Shown in pieces: positions 1-11,267 of a stretch of 64,000 nucleotides of DNA. A program made the position numbers and the translations under genes. The stretch covers positions 1 through 64,000 of the forward strand of contig NMRA01000294.1 of assembly GCA_002633005.1 (NCBI GenBank), given 5' to 3'. The DNA is from Phoronis australis. Taxonomy: Eukaryota > Animalia > Phoronida. Below the pieces are notes generated by a model. That model had not been told where the DNA came from, ran no database searches, and saw only the letters and a list, made by a program, of their open reading frames with translations. Each line of letters begins with the position of its first letter. Position 1 is the stretch's first letter.

Positions 1-658
1 TGTTGTGTGATATTTTGAAGTTTCTGAGAATTGACATAGTCTTCCTGTGCGGGTAGTTAAATCAGCATGAACTGTAGTTGGTTGACTTCAGGAATGAGTT
101 GCTCTGAAGCGTTGTTTTTATTTTTAATCATCCATTGAAAGGTTCATCTTGGAGTTTAAAAGGTCATCTTGATTACAGAATAAAAGGGGTTCATAATACT
201 GCTGTTATGAAAAGGCTTGCTTGTTATGAGGAAGTCTAGCGATGCTAATTGCTAAGAATGATCTATTCAAACCAAGCTCCTTGTACTTTCTTTATACTTA
301 AAAAAACTTAAAGCTAGATCCCTTATTTGTAAGTTCTCAGTACTGTAATGAAGCTATAGCAAAATTAGACAAAGCAGTTAAAGCTACATATCACCATGTT
401 TATCTTGAGGGCCCTCTTGGAAAGCAGTGCTATCACTGAAGAGGCCACCCTCATTTTAAATATCACAATAATAAATAAATAAATAAATAAACTAATCAAC
501 TAAAAGTGAACTAGGAATATGAGGCAAGTTATGAGAGCAAATGGCCTAATTCAATTTTCATTATTTAGCCAGCTAAATGGGGTGAAATGTAGCTTTAATT
601 TTCAATTGAGTTATTCTGAGTATGATGTGTTAAATGATTCTGTCATTGGTATTTTAAG

Positions 659-708
659 GGATATTCAAGGCTTCCGCTGACAAATTCAATGAACTTGAAA
701 AAGCAGCC
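659..708 (+). CDS. CDK10: CDK10 internal coding exon (GYSRLPLTNSMNLKKQP)
   Basis: ttttaAG acceptor and GTAAGT donor; peptide matches the CDK10 segment GFSKLPL...LRKQP; ends in phase 2 and joins the next exon in frame. Confidence 0.85.
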
Positions 709-765
709 GTAAGTATTACTTATCATTGTCCATCACTAGGCTTTGTATATTATATTTCTTTTATG

Positions 766-905
766 TATAGGTAAATAAAACAACAACAGTAATGGATCAA
801 CTGAAATTTGCGGATATAAACACATCCTTCGTTTCTGTTGACAAAGGATGTGATTGTATCCGAAAATTTCAGTTGATCCATTAATTGTCGTTTAATTTAC
901 CTATA
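766..905. mobile_element. Miniature palindromic PLE remnant (two outward-facing 3' tails) in a CDK10 intron
   Basis: 766-829 is an imperfect reverse complement of 844-905; arms resemble the 3' tail of the Neptune-type PLE at 32340-32421 (aaatttcagttgatccatt...tttatttacc). Confidence 0.75.
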
Positions 906-1552
906 TATTCTACATTTCGTCAAACAATATCCTTTAAAGGATATGGATCGCCTCTTTTAGTTTCAGACTTATTTTCTACTTTATTTAAAATGATGTAATT
1001 TTAATGCTTTTCATCTGTCTTTTGAGTTATTCATTATATATACATATATTTTAAAGCTGCATTTTGTCCTGATACACTGGCCAAAAGTGAATTAAGTCAA
1101 AGTGGGACTTTTATTCTCATAAAATAGGATAATGTTCCTTGCCATGAGATGATTCCATTTTTGTTACCAACAAGAACATCAAAGCCATCAGTGACTCAAA
1201 CATGCTTCAGAATTTATTTGGGATTCACCAGTCATTAATTCATGAATTCAAATATGGCACATGTACATATTGCATGTGATTGTAGCGGAAGTGGAATTTT
1301 GTCGTGGTAAGGAATGTTTTAAGACCAAGTTTTAGGAAAGGCTTAATTCAATTTTCCTTTTTGTAGCCAGTGCAGCATGACACGGTGTAACTTTAACTAA
1401 TATAGAATGTCCATCTTATAAGCTGTCAATTAAGGAATGCAAGTATGATATCATGTAAATGGTCTTGTTTTTTCATGTTGAGTAGGAAATGGGATTTAGT
1501 GACACTGATTTTGAAATTTTGTTTGAAGTTTGAGCCTTGTGTCCTGGTTATG

Positions 1553-1750
1553 TATAGACCTTATTCACGCAGTCGCCATTTTAGTTGTGAGCCTCTTTTT
1601 AGGTTTAAAAAACAATGCATTTTAGATAGACATATAAGGAGGCACACAAAAAAAATCACGCTTTGCGCTGTGATTTAGTGCTGAATGCATTGTTTTTAAA
1701 ACCTGAATCGAGGCTCACTGTTAAGATGGTGACTGCGTGAATACGGTGTG
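1553..1750. mobile_element. ~200-bp foldback MITE
   Basis: tattcacgcagtcgccat...gtgagcctc...tttaggtttaaaaaacaatgcatt mirrored by aatgcattgtttttaaaacctga...gaggctcac...atggtgactgcgtgaata. Confidence 0.75.
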
Positions 1751-1804
1751 TCAAGTGAATCTTATCGAGTTTGTAAAACTTAGATGTTATTTAATCTATT
1801 GCAG

Positions 1805-1894
1805 ATACAACAATCTGAGACACACGTTTAGTTGGTTATCTGAAGCAGGACTTAGACTACTCAACTTTTTGTTCATGTACGACCCCAAGAAAAG
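1805..1894 (+). CDS. CDK10: CDK10 coding exon ([30 protein letters not shown])
   Basis: ttgcAG/GTAATC splice sites; near-identical to vertebrate CDK10 [30 protein letters not shown] (kinase subdomain XI); phases consistent. Confidence 0.95.
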
Positions 1895-2490
1895 GTAATC
1901 CTGAATTGTTGTGCTTTCCTCATGTTATTGCCATTATTATAAATAAAGCCAGTGCTACAGCTGTTTAATATATTTTGTGACACTCCTGCTTATAACTAAG
2001 TTTGCAAAATTTATCCCTGTTCTCTGCACGTCTATTTGTATACCAACTGGTGAATTAATTTATTTTTGATTTCAAAATGGCGAAGGTTTGAGGCTATGCA
2101 GATTGAAGTTGCACTTGGGTTAAGGTACTTGCTCAGAATAGGTCAACATTCTATGCTCATTAAATTCGACTGCCTTTATTTCTGATAACCCCTCCTCATC
2201 CACCCATTTATTTATTAATTTCCTAGGTACTGGCACCTCATAAATTTTCACCTGACTTTAACAGGCTTTTACTGCCTGTCTGTTTAAATCCTGTCACTCC
2301 ATGTATCACTTTAAAACTGGTTTAATTAAAGATAATTCAATGCTGGTTGTTATTGCCGTCACGAGTGTTGTAAAACTTTTATCTTAACTTAAGGTTAAAG
2401 ACCCGTTGTCTTAATTGTTGAAACTGATCTTTGTAGATAATTATGTATCTTTCTTTTTACACCATATCTTGAAACTGTTATTTTTTGCAG

Positions 2491-2543
2491 GGCCACAGCT
2501 GCAGATTGCTTGGAGAGTTCATACTTCAAAGAAAATCCATTGC
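2491..2543 (+). CDS. CDK10: CDK10 coding exon (ATAADCLESSYFKENPL)
   Basis: ttttgcAG/GTAAGT; matches CDK10 ATAGDCLESSYFKEKPL. Confidence 0.95.
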
Positions 2544-2785
2544 GTAAGTCAAGACGCTCTTACTGTGCTTTACTTGCAGCTCACAACTTGGCAATTTCTT
2601 AGAAGTCAAGGGTGAATGTATCAATTTTTGAATTTTGAGTGTGGTTCAGGCAACCATACTACACTGCATAAGTTGTGCGACACTCATAAGTGTGGTTCCT
2701 TTGATTTCACAGATGAGCTCCCTGTATGTAACCAATGCAACCGTTAAAAAGTGTGAAAGCTGTTGAAGTACACAGGTTGGTCTAA

Positions 2786-3572
2786 GGGCTGTTCCAGTAA
2801 AATCCGTGTGGGAGGGGGGGACGGCAGTAGAAATAAAAATTCATGGGTGGTGGTCTTAGAAAAAAACTCAAATTATGGGTGGTCGTTCCTGTAAGAAGTG
2901 ATGCATTAAAAATGGGTGGTATTTTTTGTTCATGTTGAGGTTGGTTTCTTCAGCCGTCAAAACTCAAAAAAAAATGCAATTGGCATATATCCTAACTTAT
3001 CCCAATACAAAAAAGCCCATATTGCCAGTGAACAGAGTGCAATATGTTCACTAAGCCATTAATCAAGTCATGGGCAATTTGATTTGAGCCAACTTTTTGT
3101 CTGCAGTCCTAAACTGGTGTTAACACATGTAAGAGAATTGATGATTTTTGAATAAAAAGTATGAGGAGTAAGATAAACAAGTTCCAATATTCACTTGACA
3201 TAGAAGTATAAAAGAGTTCATGGAGACAGTTTGAGATTCATAGAACCTTATAATTGAAAAAATGTTCATTGAAATTATAGACACATGGTGAACAGAGACA
3301 CCTGGTGGCTGCCAAAAGTATTGCTCACAGGCTACTTTAGTTTTTGACAATATTGGACAAGACAACTAGTTCTTGTCTGTCAATCATCCAAGTTCTTAAC
3401 AGGTCCTCTTGGAGGCAATTTGTTTGCAAGTGTTGGATTTTATATTTTAACCTATTAAAAATAATTAAAAAATTATGGGTCATGGGTTGGAGAAATAAAT
3501 GAAAAATATGGGCGGTGGGTTCGAAATAAAAGTGCCTTCCCCCCTCCCATACAGATTTTGCTGGAACAGCCC
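2786..3572. mobile_element. PIF/Harbinger (Tourist-like) MITE in a CDK10 intron
   Basis: TIRs of about 35 bp, GGGCTGTTCCAGTAAAATCCGTGTGGGAGGGG / CCCCTCCCATACAGATTTTGCTGGAACAGCCC, with TAA on both sides. Confidence 0.85.
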
Positions 3573-3681
3573 TAAGAAAATTGAGGCAAAACCGGCAATG
3601 TTATTCCTTCAAATTGCATATAAAATATTGTACTTTATGCTGCGGTGATTATGAAACAGTGACAGTTTTGTTTTGTTTAAG

Positions 3682-3761
3682 CTTGTGATCCTGAGCTGAT
3701 GCCTTCCTTTCCTCAACACCGCAATAAAAGGCGGATTGAACAGTTTGCAGGTGATGGGTAA
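3682..3761 (+). CDS. CDK10: CDK10 C-terminal exon (PCDPELMPSFPQHRNKRRIEQFAGDG); ends at TAA 3759-3761 or splices at GTAAGT 3758
   Basis: ttgtttaAG acceptor; matches CDK10 PCEPELMPTFPHHRNKR; phase 1 fits the previous exon. Confidence 0.9.
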
Positions 3762-4408
3762 GTAAGAGTAAAATTCTATATTGACTATAGGTTGTCACCT
3801 ATTTGTAAAAATTGTGATTTTTTACTCAGCGTACTTGGAACTCAGGAGCTCTGTCGGAGTAGTGTAAAATTCTATTACGAAGTTTGTGCTAAATATTTGA
3901 CCCTCCAGTTAGCTTTTGTGAGCCACAAGTTTTTCTAAAAGTACAAAAATTTTCTTTTTCTCAAAAGCATTTTAGGAAAATGGCTGTGGGTATCCAAACA
4001 TATTGTGATGCTGCACATTTGTGTCAATTTTGTATGCAGATTGTTAATGAGATAAAAAAATACTGCTGTGTGACTAGTATTCAAAACATGTCTAGGATTG
4101 CCTTGTTTTTCATTTTCAGATTGACAAAAAGGCTGAAAGATAATAAGAAAGCGTTCGATAATTTCTAGTGTGCAATGCATGCAAATTAAATTGTGTAAAT
4201 ATTTTGCAGAATGTAAATAAAATTTTATGTTTCAAGTGTGCTTTGTGTTAAAGTTAATACTTATAACACTTTCCATTTTAAAAAGGGAATTTCCACTCAT
4301 TCCCTTTTTGTGCCTGAAAAGTTGTAGATTTTTTCTGCGCCTGGATTTCAATCATTTTGGCTTAAAAATTGATATATTCCATTGCATGTTAACCCTATGT
4401 TGTATCGT

Positions 4409-5440
4409 GCACAGAAATTTCTGCGCAGAATTCCAGCGCAGAAATTTCTGCGCAGAATTTTCTGCGCTGGAATTCTGTGCAGAAATTTCTGCGCTGGGAC
4501 TCTTCGCAGAAATTTCTGTGCTAGGACTCTGCGCAGAAATTTCTGCGCTGGGACTCTGCACAGCGCTGGAATTCTGTGCAGAAATTTCTGCGCTGGGACT
4601 CTTCGCAGAAATTTCTGCGCTGGAATTCCGTGCAGAAATTTCTGCGATGGAATTCTGAGCAGAAAATTCTGCGCTGGGACTCTGCGCAGAAATTTCTGCG
4701 CTGGAATTCTGCGCAGAAATTTCTGCGCTGGAATTCTGTGCAGAAATTTCTGCGCTGGGACTCTACGCAGAAATTTCTGTGCAGAAATTTCTGCGCTGGA
4801 ATTCTGTGCAGAAATTTCTGCGCTGGGACTCTTCGCAGAAATTTCTGCGCTGGGAATCTGCGCAGAAATTTCTACGCTGGAATTCTGCGCAGCAATTTCT
4901 GCACTGGGATTCTGCGCAGAAATTTCTGCACTGGAGTTTTGCTGTGCAGAAATTTCTGGGCTGGAATTTTGTACAGAAATTTCTGCGCTGGAATTTTGCG
5001 CAGAAATTTCTGCGCTGGAATTCTGTGCAGAAATTTCTGCGCTGGAATTCTGAGCAGAAATTTCTGCGCTGGGACTCTGCGCAGAAATTTCTGCGCTGGA
5101 ATTCTGCGCAGAAATTTCTGCGCTGGAATTCTGTGCAGAAATTTCTGCGCTGGGACTCTGCGCCGAAATTTCTGCGCTGGGACTGCGCAGAAATTTCTGC
5201 GCTGGGACTGCGCAGAAATTTCTGCGCTGGGACTCTGCGCAGAAATTTCTGCGCTTTAATTCTGCGCAGAAATTTCTGCGCTGGGACTCTGCACAGAAAT
5301 TTCTGCACTGGAATTGTGCGCAGAAATTTCTGCGCTGGGACTCTGCGCAGAAATTTCTGCACTGGAGTTTTGCTGTGCAGAAATTTCTGGGCTGGAATTT
5401 TGTACAGAAATTTCTGCGCTGGGACTCTGCCCAGAAGTTT
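4409..5440. repeat. 27-bp minisatellite (~38 units): perfect 18-bp palindrome GCGCAGAAATTTCTGCGC plus 9-bp spacer (TGGAATTCT or TGGGACTCT)
   Basis: Directly visible tandem array; it explains the repetitive long ORFs on both strands. Confidence 0.97.
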
Positions 5441-7269
5441 AACGTTTTTCTCTCTACAAAAATGATATCTCTACCAGATTCCACTTATTGTTGACTTGAG
5501 TAGTAAAATTATAACAATGCAATCAAAATGATACAACACAAAACAATGATAAGTGGTCTAAAATAATATTTGTGAGCTATAACTAATTATGATTGGCTAC
5601 GTGTGTGTTAATGGCACACCCAAACACTACAAATTTTCAAAAGCCGTAATGATCGCAGATAATAATGGTCTGCACAGAAGCAATAATCAGTTGTTTATTA
5701 TCACAACTTATTTATCAATAACTGTGAATTTTCATGAGTATTGTTATACTTTTCATTAACATAAATTTTTTGTACGGGAGTTTCATAAATAACAAATTAA
5801 AGCACTTCTGGAATTTTCTATTTAGGACTTTTATATTGAGAGCGCTCTATGGTCAAAACTTCATTATAGGGATTATCGATGTCTTTATTTTTGGCCTTGG
5901 AATTGTGCTAAAATGAATTTTAGAAAGTCACAAACATTCTTTCATATATCTACTAGCTAATCGAATAAAGAAAATAAATTTTCAAGTGTTAATCCAAATT
6001 TTTTTTGCTTGACTTTCCATGAAAACAGACAAAAAATATAAGTCACATGATTACAGGCATCCGGGCATGATATTTGATTATCGGATAAAGTTTTATGGGT
6101 CTACAATTAATACTCTTTTCTACCTAGGAAATCGATGCACTTTCCTTTTAATGGCAAATAAGTAAAATGCTGCTCTTTTCAAATGTTCATTGTTTTCTAA
6201 ATGAACTATTGTCAACTGTAAGTAAAATGCTATGTGACTTCTAATAAATCACAGTTGGTCAGCACAGTAGACTCATACCAATTTTAGACTAAAAATTTTG
6301 CCAAAAATGCCCTTGTTTCAATCTTGCAAATTTCGGACAAAAACAATTTTTAAAATGCCCCTTTTTTGTATTCAAGGCATTTTGGCATTGTTGCAAATGT
6401 TAACTTTTCAAAACTTAGTGTTATGAAGGCTGCAGTAGAAAACTTGAAAATGTAAAATCATAAAATAAAATTTCACTTGTTAGCCACATTGTGTCCTTAA
6501 GGGTCGTGTAACTATAGTTAGGCTCTCAAAAAACTAGGCTGCCAAATTTTAGTAGCCAAAGATCTTACAGTTATTATAACACGACAACATTCTCCATGAA
6601 TAATATGACTTGGTGTGATATGTCTACCCTAATAGCTTTAAATTTTGAGCAATAGCAAGTTATAGAAATCACAAGTATATGGTTCTGAAAAATTTGAGCT
6701 CCATTTCATTACAGTAAAATGTCTAAACCCAAATCTGTTGTTGCTGAAGGTGTGTTTATAACTGCTATAAAAGACAATGCTAAAGTTTCATAAGTAAACC
6801 AAAAAATTCGGAGCCATGTTTTGTAACGACTAGATGAAGTTGTAATGTAACCAGGGGAAAAGTTACACAGACAATTAAGGTCTTCAACAGAAAACTGTTG
6901 CATATAATATATCGAATATATTTAATTACAATATTTCACAACCAGATTGTGAAGATTATCTGGTTTAGAAATTACGTCACCGACTTTTCGAGCCTTGTAC
7001 CTGTGAATGATGTAAGAGGTTTCAAATTCACAGGTGTCACGAAAGTTCAGGGCGGTTTACCAGACAACCTCCTTTTTGCAAATAGCCCATTTTCAATGGT
7101 ACCATTGGGTTTCTTGCAAAAAGTTAAGGAATCTGGCTCCACCATAATCCCAGGAAAACGGTCCTATTATTATATTCAACAACAGCAGCATCCACAGTTG
7201 AAAGCTGAAAAGCAGATGCAAGTTATTATGAAATAAATATAGATTATTACATGTTCTCAGTCATTATCC

Positions 7270-7525
7270 CAGCTCCACTTTTTGGCCATTGTAATCTGGA
7301 TTCCTGTTGAGGGAGAAGATCAGCATGGGAAAGATACACTACAATTCTGTTGACAAGTACGCTGCATCTGTTCTTAAAGGCCTGACCTTTGTGGGACACG
7401 TTCCTCGCAAGATCAGCAAAACGTTTGCGTTCTTTTTGAGGCACTGCGGAAGTTTGAAGTGTACAGCCATGGCTAAACACCAACATAGCGGCGAGGCTCG
7501 TGGTCTAGAAAGTCCACGCACAATG
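7270..7525 (+). pseudogene. Degenerate HIRAN-like domain fragment, transposon-associated
   Basis: IWIPVEGE...NSVDKYAASV...VGHVPRKISK...FLRHCGSLKC...RGLE pattern; related copy on the - strand at 48200-48450. Confidence 0.55.
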
Positions 7526-8628
7526 ATTTTTCAGGACTGTCGGATATTATTAATAAATTTTGGGAAGACATTACTGTACAATTTTAGAACTGCAGGTAAG
7601 GCATTTTTCGCATATGTACACGTTCATGGACTGGGCGCTTATTTTAGTGAAGTGGGGGTGCTTCTAGTAGCATGGGCGCTTATTGGGATGAATTGTATTA
7701 TTTATCAAATAATTTTGGCTAAAATGACACAGTTCCACGAAATGTGGTATTTCACTTGCTGTGAGCACATGGACCGGTCTTCCACTTTCCATCTTTACTT
7801 CGTTTCCGACTAGTCCACAAATTCCTTTGTACACGACCACACATTGTGATCTTTGTAGATGAATCACACAATGGGCGACATCTACTGAATCGGTAGGATT
7901 TTATACTGCCGGAGCGTCAACACGCTGACCAAACTGAACCTTAAATTCATAATAAAACAGCATGAGGAGAAAATTTATTCATGGGAAATGATACAGTGCT
8001 TTAACGCTCTGAAAATTCACTCGTTACCTGGGCGACTGGCAAGTCAACTTCTACTTGTCGGAACACCATTTTTACTCACATTGGCCACTGGGCGAGGGGC
8101 TATAAGTATATCCCTGAACCTACTCTAATTACCCATGGAAAGCTGAAGATCCAAACTATCCCAAACCTGTGTACTTGAAATGTTTATTTATCACTGCTAA
8201 GATGAATGATTGAAAAAGATAACAACATTCCATGGCCTAAAGCTCTGGCCTAATTTTAAATAAGGGTCACTCTCCAGTTGTGTCATGGAAACCTAGGCTT
8301 ATAGTTTGTGTACAGTGTGTAGACATGCAGCTGTGTTGTGTGTTCTGGCAAGTTAAAGAAAGTTTTAAAATTTTCAAGCAAAGGTTAGCTCTAAAACTTT
8401 CTTGACATTTCTATAAGCAGCTAATTTTTAACTCATCTTTGAAAAAATAAAAAATAATTTTCTTGTGCGTTTAAAGGCTTGATTTGACAAGAAAAGTGAA
8501 AGTGCTCTAAAGAGCGACACTTGGTGATATCCAAAGAATATTTGGAGGTGAGGTAGACAACAAAACCAAGAACACCAACAACCGCGATCCAATGTAGCAT
8601 GGAAACAAATCTAATTAAATACAACTTT

Positions 8629-9015
8629 NNNNNNNNNNNNNNNNNNNNNNNNNNNNNNNNNNNNNNNNNNNNNNNNNNNNNNNNNNNNNNNNNNNNNNNN
8701 NNNNNNNNNNNNNNNNNNNNNNNNNNNNNNNNNNNNNNNNNNNNNNNNNNNNNNNNNNNNNNNNNNNNNNNNNNNNNNNNNNNNNNNNNNNNNNNNNNNN
8801 NNNNNNNNNNNNNNNNNNNNNNNNNNNNNNNNNNNNNNNNNNNNNNNNNNNNNNNNNNNNNNNNNNNNNNNNNNNNNNNNNNNNNNNNNNNNNNNNNNNN
8901 NNNNNNNNNNNNNNNNNNNNNNNNNNNNNNNNNNNNNNNNNNNNNNNNNNNNNNNNNNNNNNNNNNNNNNNNNNNNNNNNNNNNNNNNNNNNNNNNNNNN
9001 NNNNNNNNNNNNNNN
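8629..9015. other. Assembly gap (Ns)
   Basis: Run of N. Confidence 1.
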
Positions 9016-10392
9016 GACAACTTTTAGGTGGATCCAATGGACGCTGTGCCCACAAGTGGCATTTTATTCTGTTTTGTTTCTCTCAAGTACCTTGACAGAT
9101 TTGTTTGTCCTATTGTCATTCCTTGTTAGTTGTGCAATTGAGACAAACAGCTTAACCTGGAGCTGTCCATCTGAGATGGCCTGTACAATTTACATTTTGT
9201 GCTCCTGACCAGAACATGTATATTTTTTCTCACTACTTTTGATGGAGCTGGTAAGGCAATGTCTCCTAAATAATCAACAAATTTTAACAGCTTTTGTAAG
9301 GCGCAATATGAAATGCTTGTTATATTTTATTCAACAGATTGTAGTTGGATGAGGAGGGACATCAAAACGATGATGCGTCATCTTCACTGTTATGCACCAT
9401 GAAAAGGTATGTGGGAACCAATGAAAATTTTTTGAATGATTTGGTCACAGAATCTTTTGTCAAATAAGTAATTAAAAAAATTACATGAAAAGGTGTGTGA
9501 GTTTTTTATACAAAAATGGAAAGCAAATATAAGAATGAAGTTATGTTTGTCATACTGTGCCAGCATTCGTGTTAATACATAGAATTTCTCATTGCAGTAA
9601 AGAACTACAAATTGAACAGTGTTGAAACGAAGAAAACAGAAGTGGTGGACAACAGCCTCAACAGTTTAGTTGAACTCTTCTATTCTTTTGGCCAGTTCGC
9701 ACAAGCTGTTTTATCCCATGTGTGCCTTCTCATGAATTTGTAGCTGGTTCTTCTGGATGTACTACTTGATTGTAAACAGCATCAGTTTGACACTCAAAGA
9801 CAATCTCTCATTAGGAAAAGGAAATAAATTTAGGGCATTTTGTTATGTAAACTTCTAGTTTTGTGATTCAGTTAGTAGTGCAATCACTAAATTGATATTC
9901 TGTGAACAATGGTGAACAGTCTGGGGATGTTTGATCCCAGCTTTGTATCTAAGGTGTAAGTCGCTTTTGTGGCTTGAAAGTGTCCACGGTTGTTGCAGGA
10001 AGCTTCCTCAGCAATTATAACCTAAATATAAAAATCATAACATAAATTTGTCTAACAAACTGGTTTCAAAAAGATTCCTACTAGCTATTGAAGCCATTGC
10101 CGTTTCTACAAGAACAAGTTGTAAAATCATTTCTTGCAGGTGAGGAAAAGACCCTGTTTTGAAAGTTTTGGGTCAACCATATCAGAGTGGATGACATGCT
10201 GACATTTTTTTAATTGACCTCCTTTGCATGGGAATGGGAAGCTTTTCTACACTGACTTAAATGATAACTTTGATGCATGTATTTTATAAGATATAGCAAG
10301 CAACTTTGTGACTTTTGTTTAAGGTCATAAGAAAACCTTAAAACTATCTATGATAGAACTTCAGAATTAAATGTATGTGAAGTCCTAATTCA

Positions 10393-11199
10393 ATAGACTC
10401 TATTCACGTGGCAGACATTAAAATCCAAAGCGAGGCTCACTGCGATAAACTAAACGGAAATTTACATTGTGTGAGTTAAATGGCCAGCCTTTGGAGTCCA
10501 ACCTGAATATTAAATCTTAAAGAAATGTGTCAATAATAATCCACAGAGACGTAGAAAATACAGTTAGAGAACAAGTCAATGCACCAAAGAGTTGTCTGAC
10601 GAAAGCATATATAGGTTTTTTTCTGGAAAACTAGGTTCGAAACATGAAAAGTAAACATGACCAAATTGCAGCGATCGTAGTGTTACGGATTAGGTATCGT
10701 GCTGAATGCAGGGTTACGTTTCTTCTAATAAATTCTTGATAAAAATGCTTTCTACACGAACCAGGTCATCTGGTCATATTGTTGACGAGTTGAAGATATA
10801 TTCGGCAGTGGTGGCTCATAGCATTTTGCTGTCATGTGCAATTAGTCTCATCTGGTTTAATTTGTTGATCAAGAGTAGGCCTATTAGCTTCAAGCATAGC
10901 CTAGGTCCTGGTGAGGTAGGCACTACCAGGACTAACAGTTGATTTGTCATTGATCTGAAATAATACTTGATGTTATTAAATATATATTTTGATTACGATA
11001 AAAGACTAGGCTCGCAATTGAAAATAAAAATCATATGACCATAAATTCTGCTTTCTTGGTTTTAATAATTACGTCTATTTCATGTGTTCTATTTTTCAAA
11101 TATCAATCTCGACCAAGTTGAACTTTAAAATTAAAACACCTAATTCTTTCGTCCAAAGCATAAGTTTGTTTTAGAGCTCAATTTCAGTTAACTGGACAA
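10393..11199 (+). repeat. ~800-bp interspersed repeat, copy 1 (probably a non-autonomous DNA element)
   Basis: Diverged reverse complement of 33519-34400; starts tagactctattcac, like the terminus of the 1553 MITE. Confidence 0.8.
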
Positions 11200-11267
11200 A
11201 ACACAGTGGCGGATTTAGAGGGGAGCCAAGGGGCTATGCCCCAGCCCCCCCTCCCTAAAATTCTCCN

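Noticed and set aside
4409-5440. CRISPR-like array (palindromic repeats with spacers)
   Set aside because: Spacers are only 9 bp and mostly of two recurring types; no cas genes; eukaryotic intron-exon context
4227-5484. Long overlapping ORFs on both strands (up to 378 aa)
   Set aside because: Artefact of a stop-free 27-bp (9-codon) palindromic repeat; no evidence of coding
6380-6498. Similarity to 62270-62392
   Set aside because: Short, diverged interspersed repeat fragment with no definable ends; ordinary
8433-9055. ORFs of 142-195 aa
   Set aside because: They run through the N gap
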